Assembly: GCA_000004695.1 (NCBI GenBank)
Contig: CM000154.2
Span: 4,928,001-4,992,000 of the forward strand
Direction of reading: 5' to 3'
Origin: Dictyostelium discoideum
Lineage: Eukaryota
Length of the DNA stretch: 64,000 nt
Every line of letters starts with the position of its first letter. Within the stretch, counting starts at the first letter, position 1. Positions 45,539-64,000 of this stretch are shown here, piece after piece. The notes beneath the pieces were generated by a model. That model saw only the letters and a list, made by a program, of their open reading frames with translations, did no database searches and had not been told where the DNA came from. A program made the translations under genes and the position numbers.

Positions 45539-46132
45539 ATGTCAGATAATCACGAAGAAGAATCAAACGTACCAGCCTACGTCCCAGGTAAACACGTTTC
45601 AGTCGATCAATTAAAACAACAAGATGCTGAAGATGAAGCATTAAAACGTTATAAAGAATCACTTTTGGGTACTGGTGTTCATGCCCCAAAGGATGACCCA
45701 AGAAAATTGGTTATCAAAGAAATGAAAATCCAAATCGAAGGTAGACCAGATACTATTTATCCACTCGACACAAAAGAATTAATTAAAGAAATGAAAACCA
45801 AGCCATTCGTTCTCAAGGAATCATGTCACTACAAGATCACCTTAACTTTTAACATTCAACACGATATCGTTTCTGGTCTCAAACAAACCAACACTGTCTA
45901 CAGAAAAGGTATCAAAGTTTCAACTGAAAAACACATGCTTGGTTCATTTGCCCCACAAGCTCTTGCTCACTCTGTCACCAACCCAAGACATGGTTGGGAA
46001 GAAGCTCCATCAGGTATGTTAGCTCGTGGTAGTTACACCGCCAAAGTCGTTTTCACTGATGATGATAACGAAGAACATTTATCAGTTGAATATGCTTTCT
46101 CAATTAAATCTGACTGGAAGAGTGATGATTAA
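45539..46132 (+). CDS. rdiA: Rho GDP-dissociation inhibitor (RhoGDI), 197 aa, single exon.
   Basis: Full-length match by eye to RhoGDI (…KYKITLTFNIQHDIVSGLKQTNTVYRKGIKV…WEEAPSGMLARGSYTAKVVFTDDDNEEHLSVEYAFSIKSDW). The symbol is from memory of the Dictyostelium RhoGDI1 name. Confidence 0.85.
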   Translation: MSDNHEEESNVPAYVPGKHVSVDQLKQQDAEDEALKRYKESLLGTGVHAPKDDPRKLVIKEMKIQIEGRPDTIYPLDTKELIKEMKTKPFVLKESCHYKITLTFNIQHDIVSGLKQTNTVYRKGIKVSTEKHMLGSFAPQALAHSVTNPRHGWEEAPSGMLARGSYTAKVVFTDDDNEEHLSVEYAFSIKSDWKSDD

Positions 46133-46209
46133 ATTATTAGTGTTAATATACTTTTAAAAATTTAAATAATAACCAGGAAAATTTTCTAAATCAAAAAAAA
46201 AAAAATATT

Positions 46210-46253
<44 letters not shown>

Positions 46254-46990
46254 CGGTTTTTTTTTTTTTATAATATAAAACCAATAATAAAATAAATATC
46301 TAGATTTGTATCCTTATTGATGAAATTTTAATTTTTTTTTTTTCCTAATCAATTTTCTAATTAGTATTTGGAAATTTCAATTTTATTTTTTAAATTTAAT
46401 TTCCAAAAATTAAAGAGAAATTGTAAATTGGAGTTCAGACAATTATTAGCAGTTGGTATTAATTTATTATTAATATCATTGACTATTATTTAATTATTTT
46501 TATTTTCACCTATTTTTATTTTCACCAAAGCCAAAAAAAAATAAAAAAAAATAAAATAAAATAATTTAAATAAAAAAAAAGAAAAAAAAAAAAAATATGG
46601 AAAATTATTTTTTTTAAATTGGAAGGTTTAAAATTATATTATATTTTGGTCATTGGGATTTGTTTTGTTTCAAAACCATATTAAAAATATTTTTCTTTTT
46701 GTTTAATTTTTATTTTGTATCTCCTGTGTAAAAAAATGGGGTGTTTATTTTTTTTTTTTTGCAAATATTTTTGGATTGTTTCTTAAAACAACAAAATTTT
46801 TATTTTTATTTTTTTCACATTAAAAATAAATAAAATTAAATTGTTGTTATTTTTACAAAAATATTGATAATAATGTCCTAATACTTTTTTTTTTTTTTTT
46901 TTTTAATTTATGGTTTACAATACAAATTAATATTTGTTTAATTTTTATTTTTAATAGAGAAATTATCAAATACAATTATAAAAAGTTTAA

Positions 46991-48066
<1,076 letters not shown>

Positions 48067-48243
48067 TTTTGAAATAGTTTTACAATTAAATAAATAAATA
48101 AACAATTAAATAAAGTTTGAGTTGATTTGATAATAAAATTAAAAAAAATTGGAAATTTGTCAAATTTATACTCTGATTAATATTTTTTTTTTTTTTTTAT
48201 TTTTTAAATTTGGATTAAATTAGATATCTACTACGCCCGAAAA

Positions 48244-48290
<47 letters not shown>

Positions 48291-49010
48291 AAAAAATACT
48301 TTTTCTGAAATCATAAAGTGTGAATTCCTGAGGCTTGATTATTTCACACCATGTTTAGATAATAATTTTGTTTAAAATGGTTGTTTATTTTAAAATTTTT
48401 TAAAAAAGTCTTATTATTTGGTTAAACATAAAAAAAATTATTTGAAAATGTATTAATTCTAACCCTAAAAATTTAAATAAATTTCAGGAGTGTTCACCAG
48501 GTGGAGTGAATTTGTAGAAAAGTGATTAAAAAAATAAATAAAAAAAAAAAAAATAAAAAAAAAAAATCAATGATGATTAATAACAACACTAAGAACAATT
48601 TTAAAATCATATCAATGTCAAACTTTCAAAGGATTTATAATTATATTAATAGCTTTTTATTATATTTTTAAACAGTTGAACATTATCATAAATTTAAGTT
48701 GGTTTTTTTTTTTTTTTTTAAATAATAATTATTAATTATCCGTTTCGGTTTTTTAAAATTAAAATTAATAAATAAAAAATTAAAAACAATTAATTCAAAA
48801 ATTCAGAGGTTTGGAAATATTCTTTGGTAAAAACTTTCATAAAAAAAAAAAAAAAAAAAAAAAGGTATTATTAATTGATTTAATTTATTATATTTAATTT
48901 ATAATTTATTATATTTAATTTATAATTTATTTAAATAATAAATAATAGTTTAATTTTTTAATTTTTTAATTTTTTAATTTTTTAATATTTTTTTAATTTA
49001 TTATGTGTTT

Positions 49011-50032
49011 TTAAGAAGTACCAGTTTTTGATAATTTTGATAAAACCTCGGCATCAGTTAATAAATTTTCTAATTGCATAAAGTAATGAGGTATAATATT
49101 ATTATTTGATTCTAACATGTGAATTAATAATTTTTCATTCTTCCAATTTGGATGATCAGCTTGTAATGCTCTAACATCATTTTTAATATCTCTATACATT
49201 TTATAAGGATAATGATGAAGTTGATGAAATAATTGAGCACGTTTAAAACAAAATGAACCCAATTCATATTGAATTTCATCAGGTTCATCTTTTGATGTAC
49301 CTTTTAAACGTTTTGGATTTTCAAAATAACCATTCCAAAAATCATCGACTGAATAAGAACGACCTGATAAAAATATGATAATTGTAGCAGCATGTTTAAA
49401 TTTATTACAAGATTCACATGGACCACCAGCGACATAATTGATTTCAATCGATCTAAAGAATGGTCTATGAGTAATATCATGTAAAAATCTATCGTGCCAA
49501 AAACTACTCAATACCAATGCTTCCTTTCTTGATGCTATTAAAGTTTGAATTCTTTTTAAAGAATCTAAAAAGTATTCATCCTTTTCTTGAATTGTTTCTT
49601 TTAGAAATTCCTTATCAAGTATACAACTTATAATATATTGAACGAAAATATCAAATGAATCTCTAATTGTTTTTTTTATAGAAAATTGTTTTGATACCAT
49701 CTCTTTAACTTTATCAGGTTCTTGAGAACTAATATCTACAAATTTCTTTGGTGAAAATGGGGATGATCTCTTTGATGGCGAAAATGGTGAATGAGGCTTT
49801 TTTGATGGTGAATTTGTAGGAGAAGGAGTAGAAGGAATTTGAGAAAAAGGATATGCACTCTTTTTATTCAATTTACTTTTATTAAAATCATCATCGTAAT
49901 CATCATATGGTTCCTCATTACCATAATCTCTTTCATTGTCACTATTATAATTATTTAATATATTATTATTATTATTATTAATATCATATCTTTTATCATT
50001 ATCATTATTATTCTTATTCTTTCTTTGAGATG

Positions 50033-50123
<91 letters not shown>

Positions 50124-52576
50124 ATTATTTTCTTCTTCACTACTTGATTCACATAAATCAGAAGCATCACTATTTACAACGAAATCATTATATTCATATT
50201 CTTCTTGTTTGAAATCATCTTGATCACTTTCTTCATCATCAATGAAATAATTTGATTGATTACTAAATTGGTACAATCTTCTTGCTCTTTCTTTTCTTTC
50301 AAAATCGTTTCTAAATTTTTTACTTTCTTTTTCTTTATCTTTTATTTTTTCCATTCTTTTTTTTAGTTGATCTCTCCATCTTTTTTCCTGTTTTCTAATA
50401 TTTTTCATTGTTTCAGAAAAATCTTCATTTATTTCTTTCATCTCTTTTGGTTTGTTAGGAGTGGTTGAAGTGGTATTGGTATTAGTATTGGCATTGGTAT
50501 TGGAAGTAGTGGTGGTGGTAGTAGTTTCTCTAGGACGTGAATTGTAATCTATTCTAATCTTTTCTGATTTTTTCAATGCTTCATATAGATCATCACAATC
50601 TTTTTCTGTTATATTAATTGGTGTTGTGGGGGTGGAGGTAGTGGTTGAATATTTAGGAAGTGGGTTATAATCTATTCTAATCTTTTCATCTTTTTTCTTT
50701 ACTTCAAATAGATCAGTATCACCAATATTACTTTTTTTAAGTTTCTCAAGTAAATTATTGTCTTTATCTTTTTGAGGTTTAATTTCCTCGAAATTAAAAT
50801 CTAGTTGATCATCATCAATAATACCATAAAAATTATTATCTTTAGTATGATTATTGTTGTTTTCTGTAATAATACTTTTTGTAATAATATTATCATCATC
50901 GTCAATAATACCATAAAAACTATTATCTTGTGTATCTTTTTTGTTGCTCTCTTTAATTCCTGTAATATTACTTTTTGTAATATTATCATCACCAATAATA
51001 CCATAAAAACTATTATCTTGAGTATCATTATCGTCACCACCTATATTTTCAAATCCACTACCATCATCTTCAGGAATTGATGAACTTGGAATTGGTTCTT
51101 TCCAACCCAATACAATAATATTATTGTTATTATCATCATTATCGATATCATCATCATCATTATCATTATCATTATCATTATCATCATCACTATTTTCAAT
51201 ATCTTTTAATTTTTTTAATCTTGATTTAGTTGGTAATTTTTCTTGTTTACTTTGTTTTTCTTTTAATAGTTTTTGTATTGCTTTATTTGTAACGATTTGA
51301 GGATTATGGGTACTTATTAAATCATTTTCAATTGCTTGAGTACTGCTTTCACTTAACATTTTTAATCTTTTTAAAATTTTAAGTTTCTCTTCTTGAGTTT
51401 CTGTATCAACTTGATCATTATCATCTTTTTTATCATATTTATCATGAGGATGATGATGGTGATGCTCATTATCATCATCATCGTCATCAAAGGCATTATT
51501 GGTGTTTTTTCTTTTCTTTATTACTCTACAAGGTGAAATGAGGTCATTTATTTCTTGATATCTTTCATTATCTTTATCTTTATCTTTATCTTTATCTTTA
51601 TCAATATCTTTATCAATATCTTTATCTTTATCAATATCTTTATCAATATCTTTATCTTTATCAATATCAATATCACTATCAATACCATCATCTCTATCAT
51701 CATCTTCATCACCATACTTATTATATTTTGTTGTTGTTACTATTAATTTATTTGTTTTTGGTGATTCTTTAATTTTTACTTTATTTTTTTTATTATTATT
51801 ATTAAAATCACTATCATCATTGCTAATACTATAACCACCACTATCATCACTATCATTAACATTACCATTATCATTATCAATTTCATCTTTAATTTCATAT
51901 AATAATCTATTTTTTGCTTTAAAATTTAATAATAAATCTGAATAAGAATCTAAACAATAAAATAAATTACCATGATATATTGGTCTATCTAAATAACTTG
52001 AAAATGGTAAAACTGTACAATAAACCATTTTTTTAATTTCATTTAAATTCATTATCACTGAATCTACACTTGGAATTAACTCTTTTGAACCATGAATTTC
52101 TAATCTACCACCATCAACCTCTTCTGGTCTATAAATTTTAATTAATTCAATAAATAATCCACCATTAAATTTATCTTTAAAAAATGATGATATTTTATAA
52201 ATTGATGGTATTTTTATTCTTTTTTTTTTTTTTTTTTAAAATAAATAAATAAATAAATAATGAATTTTTTTTTAAAAAAAAAAAAGATTTAATAATTTGG
52301 TTATTTTATTTTATTTTATTTTATTTTATTTTATTTTATTTTATTTTATTTTATTTTATTTTATTTTATTTTATTTTAAAATTACTTTTTATTTTGACTT
52401 TTAAAATCAAATAATTTTATTGTTAAATCTAAAAATAAATCTATACCTTCAAATAATAAACCACCATAAAATTCATAATCTCCAACTACTTTAATAGGTT
52501 TTCCTAACCATTGAGTTTCATTTTTATAAGAATTTATTGGTTCACCATCAAAATCATACTCTATTTTACTACCCAT
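49011..52576 (-). CDS. Large low-complexity protein of about 1132 aa. It has conserved-looking N-terminal (~170 aa) and C-terminal (~230 aa, with a CESC motif) domains, a poly-Asn tract and internal tandem peptide repeats. Model: complement(join(52386..52576,49011..52218)). Function not recognised.
   Basis: Exon 1 (MGSKIEYDFDGEPINSYKNETQWLGKPIKVVGDYEFYGG...) ends at a GTAATT donor. The intron of about 167 nt is dominated by (ATTTT)n. An AG acceptor at 52219-52220 restores the frame of the 1015-aa ORF. Repeats: (KDKDIDKDID)n at about 51555-51700, three FYGIIDDD units, and two EKIRIDYN units. Confidence 0.55.
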
Positions 52577-52831
52577 TTATTTTATTTTTTTTTATTTCTA
52601 TTTTTATTTTATTACAAATAATTTAAAAGTAATTTTTTTTTTTTTTACTAAAAATTTAATTTAAAATAATAAAATTTAAAAAAAAAAAAAAAAAAGTAAT
52701 TTGATGTTCGTGGTGTTTTTTTTTTTTATTTTTTTCATTTTTTATTATTTTTTTTTAAGATTTATTAATAATTTTTAAACATTGTGTGGGTATTTGGGGC
52801 ATGTGTTTGTATGAGTTAATGTATATATATT

Positions 52832-58471
<5,640 letters not shown>

Positions 58472-58944
58472 TATGGATAATATGTGTTGAAGGTTGCTTT
58501 GGCAATGGTTTAAAAAAAAAAAACAAAAAAAAAAATTTCAAAAGGAGATTTTTTTTTTTTATTTTTTTTTTTAAATTAAATTTTTTTTTTTTTTTTTTTT
58601 TTTTTAAAATTAATTTAATTAAAAAACTAAAAATATTTTTAAATTTTCAAGTCCACATGTAACCTTTTTTATTTAATTTGAAAAAAAAAAAAAAAAAAAA
58701 ATATCATAACTCTGCCAGCAGTGAGATTTAAGTAATTAAACAATTAAAATAAAAAATAAAAAATAAAAATAAAATGAAATTTAAAAAAAAAAACAGTTTG
58801 GTGGTAAAATGAAATTAAAATAAAAAAAAATAAAAAAAATATATTTTAAAAAAAAGGTGGTAAAAAAAAAAAAAAAAAAAAAAAATAATAATAATAAAAT
58901 ATAAAAATAAATTCATCTCTACTCGAATGTAGGATATAGATTTA

Positions 58945-61900
58945 ATGATGATAAAACTTAAAACTATAATTCTCATTTTATTTTTATTTTTTTCTATTTT
59001 TATTAAAACATCTTTTACCCAGAGCCCTTTCGAAAGTAATTATTAAATAATAAATAAATAAATCAAAAAAATAAAAAAAAAAGTAAATAATAATCAAAGT
59101 ACACCTCTAACCATTGATATTATTATGTATTGTTTATTTTAAAATAATATCTTTTTTTTTTTTTTTTATAGTATATTGGGTAAGTCCTACTAAAGGTGTT
59201 GAAAGTATGGGATGTGGATTGGTTAAAGAATTTCCATGTAAAGATATTGGTTCTATAATTGATAAAATAACACCAAATGTATCAACGATTATTAATTTAA
59301 TGGAAGGTGTTTATAGAGGTAATTTTAGTTATTTAATGACAAATTTCGTTATATTATTTAAAGGTGAGGGTAGAGATAAAACAATAATAGATTTAGAAGG
59401 TAGACAAAGATTTACACTTTGTACAATTAGTGATATTCATTTCAAAGATCTTACAATTAAAAATGGTTTTGGTAATGCAATATCTGGAATTTTTGATGGT
59501 GGTGCTATCTATGCATACGATAGTCAAATTCATTTTGTAAACGTTGCATTAATCGATAACACTTGTAGTGCATCAGGTGGTGGTATATTTCTATACAATT
59601 GTATGTATTTTTAAAAAATATTATCATTATTAAATAGTTTATTAATTATAATGTATTAATAATTTGTTTGTTTGTTTTAAAAAAAAAGGTTATTTTAATG
59701 TTGAGCATAGTTTATTTCAAAATAATACAGCAAATAGTGGAGGTGGATTTATATTATTATTATCAGCTTCAAATATTACAAATTCAAGTTTTTTACATAA
59801 TAGAGTATTTCAAGAAGGTAAAGGTGGTGCAATTCAAGTTTTCATTTCATTTATGAGTATTGAACTTTCACTATTTGCTTATAATATTGCACCATATAGT
59901 GGTGCTATTGATATGGGTATGCTATAGGGATTATTATTATATTTAATATAAACATGTTTATTAATATGTATCTTTCTCTTTTTTTATTATTATTATTGTT
60001 AGTTGGTGGAAATTTAACATCAAAATATTCAAAATTTATAGAAAATCATTCAAATATTGGTGGTGGATTTGGACTTTATTTTATATCAAATGTAATATTT
60101 GAAAGTTGTGAATTCATTGGAAATAGAGCAAATAGTACAGGTGGATTATCATTTTTAACAGCTCAATCAATGTTAAGATTTTCATTATGTATTTTTAAAG
60201 ATAACTTTGCACCAAATTGTGGAATCGTTGAATCACATTCAATATCACCACTATTATTTGAATCATGTTCATTCACTGGTGATGTTCCAACAGCTGTTCA
60301 AATTGCACTATATGATAATTATTGTTTTTTAAAAGTTCAAAATTGTCATTTCTCTGAAATTCAAGGTGTTTTAATGTATGCTGATTCAATTTCAAATATT
60401 ATAATTGATTCTTCTTCATTTACAAGTAAATATTATTTTTATTATTAAAATTAATTATAAAAAACAATATATATATACATGTACTAATAATAATAATAAT
60501 AATAAATAAAAAGATGTTTCAAATAGAATTATTGATGTTGGTAATGAAGCAGATATATTAATTATATCAAGTACATTTTATAATATAACAATTGATGAAT
60601 ATTTAGTATCATTATCAAATGGTAATTTTTTAGCATATAATATGGATTTTAATAATAATATTGTATTGGCATTAATTAAATCAAGTGTTGGTGGATCGGT
60701 AACCATCGTTTCAAGTAGTATGTCAAATAATTATGTTTCAACAAGTTTAATTTCATTAAGTAATGGATATAGTGTTTATATTGAAAATTGTGAAGTTAAA
60801 AATAATACTGGCCTATTTAAAGGTTGTTTCATTGATACAGATCATACAGGTTCAGAAACGATAGTACAATCATTGTTTGAGAATAATAGATCACCATTTG
60901 GTCCAATTTTATATTTTTCAAATCCTGAAACCATGCTATCAACAAATTATTCATCAAATTTTAGAGATATTTTATTTTCAAATAATTTCGCAGCCTATTC
61001 TGGTGCATTGGTTTATTTTAGTCAAAATGTGTCATTACCAAATATAAGTTGTACAAATTGTATTTATGATAATAATACTGCAGTATTTGGTGAGTTGGTT
61101 AATAGTGCTTTCTACTCATTCAATGTTTCGATTACACCAGTGATTTACCCATTTCAAGATTTAATAATTGAAATATTTGCATTGGATTTCTTTGGTAATT
61201 TAGTTAGAGGTACTTCTGATTTAGGTTTTTTTGCAATTCCTTGTTCCGATGCTTATGTTGAAGGTAATTTATTTGCTGTATTAAATGAAAATGGTTCTGC
61301 AATATTTTCAAATATTAAATTATCTTCAAATCCAAATTCAATTTGTAATTTAACTTTTCTATCTGTACCAATTGTTTCTGAAAGTAAGTTATTTTATTTA
61401 TATAAATTAAAAAATAATAATAATAATATATCAATAATAATATACTAATATATATATATATTATAGATGGACCAATAACAATACCAATTACATTTTCTTA
61501 TTGTTCACAAGATAGAGAATTAGTTATGATTAAATCAATTTATTATTGTTTAAAAACTATTAAAGTAACATCATTTGTAAAATTTTTAGTTGGAACATTA
61601 GCAGCGATTCTATTGATAATTTTAATAATTTCAGGATTTATATCATTAAAATATAGGAAAAAAAGAGTTATTAGATATTCAAATCCATTATTTTTATGTA
61701 TTATTTTAGTTGGTTGTATTATATTTTTAATTACTATTCCAGTATTATTTGGATCAACTTCTGCAACTTGTAAAATTAGATTTCCAATCATTGTTATTGG
61801 TAGTTGTTTAGTAACTTCATCAGTATTTATTAAACAATTTAGAATTTGGAGATTAATTAAAGATATACAATTATTAAGAGAAACTAATGTTGAAAATAAA

Positions 61901-63639
61901 TATTTATTAAAATTTATTTCAATATTAATGGTTATACCAATTGTAAGTTATTTTATTTAAAACAATATTTATAATATTAATAATATTAATAATAATTAAA
62001 ATTAGATTATTGTAATTTGTAGTTTCTTTATATTTCCTACACATGAAAAGTATACATTTAATCAAAGAGATATAACTATAACACACTATTGTTCAGATGG
62101 ATCTTATTTAGCTTATGTTATTATATTCTTAGTTTATCAAGTAAGTTCAATATATTTTTAAAAAAAAGAAATACATATCAAATATTAATTATTATTTTTT
62201 TTTTTTTGAAAATTTAATAGATGGCTATTTTACTTTTTGGTTGTTATTTAGTTATAGTTTGTAGAAAATTTAGATCAATTCCTGGTACTTTTAATGAAGC
62301 AACCTATATTGGTATTTTAGTAAGTAACAATAATAACCAAAAAAAAAAAAAAAAAAAAATTAATTATTTTATTTCTAATCAAATAAAAAAAAAAAAGATT
62401 TATAACTATACAGTTGTTTTAATTGTTGCTATACCATTGGCATATGTATTTAATAAGAATCCATTAGCAAATTTTTTAATATTTTCAATATCAATTATAG
62501 TATTTGTTTTAAGTACTATAATTTTATTATTTATACCGAAATTTCATTTCTTATTAAGAAAGAAAGTAATTATATCATCACTTGAAAAACTAATTAAAGA
62601 ACAAGAAGCAATTGTACAAAGAAATAAAGATATTCTTTATTTTTATGATATGTATTTAGCTGAAGAAAGAACTGGTATTCAACAACAACAACGACAAGGA
62701 AATTTATATAATAATAATAGCCTTGGTAGAAGTATTTCAAGTAACACTAGAAAAAGGTCAAATAATAATATTAATAATAATAATAATAATAACAGTTTCA
62801 ATATGACGGGTTTTTCAGATTCCAGTTCAACAATTTCTAATCCAAATTTAACATCATTTACTTCATCCCCCTCTTCATTGAATAGTAGTAGTGATTCAGA
62901 TTCAACACCTGATTTTAATGATCCAAATTTTTTGGAATATTATAATGAAAGAGTCAAAAATTATGGAAAAAGAAAATCAATTGAAAAAAATAAAATTAAT
63001 AATAGTATTCCAAATTCACCAAAATCAACAACATCATTGCCAACATCATTACCATCATCTTCTTCTTCTTCTTCTTCTTCTTCTTCTTCTTCTTCTTCTT
63101 CTTCTTCTTCTTCTTCTTCATCATCATCAATCACGCCAAAATCAAATACACCAATACTATCTCCATCTTCTCAATCATCAAAAACAATTAATAAAGGTGG
63201 TAGTGGTAGTGGTAATAGTAGTAGTATTCCAAATTATCAAAATATAAAATCACCAAATACTCCAAAGAGTAATAAATCTTCACCAAATTTATCAATTCCA
63301 GTAAATAAAAATAGTAAAGTTAGTAAATTATCAAGCAATCAAATATCATCACCAAAATCAATTAAATCTGATAAATCACCAATTACAATTAAAGATTTTG
63401 ATAATTCAAGTGATTTAAGTGATTCAAGTAATAGTTTAAAGAGTGATAGTAGCATAGGTTCAGAACAATTCAATGAAAAGGTCATAAATAGAATATTTAA
63501 TATACATCAAGATAAAAAAGTTAAAACAACAAAACAACAATCTGATAGTACTTTATCAAGTATTGGTAGTGATAGTTCTCCAAATTTTAATGAAAATATT
63601 AATAATCCAAATATTAATCCAAATAATAATAATAATCCA

Positions 63640-63697
<58 letters not shown>

Positions 63698-63939
63698 TTA
63701 ATAATAATAATAATAATGCAAATAATAATAATAGTGACACTGATGATTCATCACCAAATTTTAATGAAAATATTGAAAAAAAGAATGTTGTTAAAACAAA
63801 AACAAACTTTTTAAATCAATTTCATCAAAAGAAACAAAAAGATAGTGATAATAGAAAAAATTATAATATATCACCAATTAATATTTCTGATGAAAAGGTA
63901 CCACCATTATCTCCAATTAATTTATCAAAAAGAAAATAA
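58945..63939 (+). CDS. Receptor-like membrane protein of about 1401 aa. A signal peptide is followed by an ectodomain of right-handed parallel beta-helix (Pmp/PbH1-like GGA/GGG/NxxGG) repeats, a 7TM region resembling family C (GABA-B/mGluR-like) GPCRs, and a long Ser/Asn-rich cytoplasmic tail. Proposed model: join(58945..59035,59172..59600,59689..59916,60003..60425,60514..61383,61467..61946,62097..62140,62221..62319,62398..63939).
   Basis: Signal peptide MMIKLKTIILILFLFFSIFIKTSFTQSPFE. Repeats: DGGAIYAYDS, SGGGIFLYNC, NSGGGFILLLSASNITNSSFLHNRVFQEGKGGAIQVF, NIGGGFGLYFISNVIFESCEF, NSTGGLSFLT and GGSVTIVSSSMSNNY. The 7TM is split over exons 6-9 (RYSNPLFLCIILVGCIIFL...TCKIRFPIIVIGSCLV...FRIWRLIKD). 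All junctions are GTAWGT...AG with phase pattern 1,1,1,1,1,1,0,0. The exon 6 donor and exon 7 were chosen by frame and are lower confidence. The 78-nt intron 8 is in frame and could be retained. Confidence 0.58.
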
Positions 63940-64000
63940 AGAAATATTATTATTTATTTATTTATAATTTTATAATTTATTTACTTTTTTTTTTTTTTTT

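Noticed and set aside
62320-62397. Reading the 78-nt GTAAGT...AAG segment in exon 8/9 of the 7TM gene as coding ([26 protein letters not shown])
   Set aside because: It has the base composition and boundaries of an intron. It is in frame, so retention cannot be excluded, but splicing is favoured.

Overview
This window is nuclear DNA of a dictyostelid social amoeba (Dictyostelium-type). It is extremely AT-rich between genes, has short GT...AG introns of about 80-150 nt, long (AAT)n/(CAA)n coding microsatellites that give poly-Asn/Gln/Ser tracts, and long homopolymer A/T runs. Everything below was read by hand from the sequence and the supplied ORF track, so exon boundaries are approximate (+/-1-3 nt) and families are assigned from remembered motifs, not searches. 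I can support about 20 protein-coding genes. Those I recognise are: PAPS synthase (ATP sulfurylase + APS kinase), the copper chaperone for SOD, DNase II, a FAD monooxygenase, an arylamine-N-acetyltransferase-fold protein with Ser in place of the catalytic Cys, a PQ-loop transporter, a DH-PH RhoGEF, the Roco kinase GbpC (2631 aa in 3 exons), LAMTOR2, RhoGDI, a penta-EF-hand ALG-2 homologue, a class I PI3-kinase with an N-terminal PH domain, and a beta-helix-repeat/7TM receptor-like protein. There is also a ~2400-aa secreted transmembrane protein built from exon-sized Cys-repeat modules plus IPT/TIG repeats. The non-coding content is one tRNA-Lys(CUU) gene with tRNA-gene-targeted (TRE-type) non-LTR retrotransposon fragments immediately downstream. 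Upstream of the tRNA is a repeat cluster that starts exactly 48 bp from its 5' end. There is one 100-N assembly gap. The most unusual item is a small intronless gene (26952-27620) for a signal-peptide protein carrying a bacterial-type TIR-like nucleotide-binding domain (COG4271/PF10137-like) of the kind found in bacterial anti-phage systems. Other points worth a second look are a perfect 37-bp inverted repeat pairing a coding exon with its own 3' UTR, and a one-base frameshift in LAMTOR2 that coincides with an ambiguous base call.
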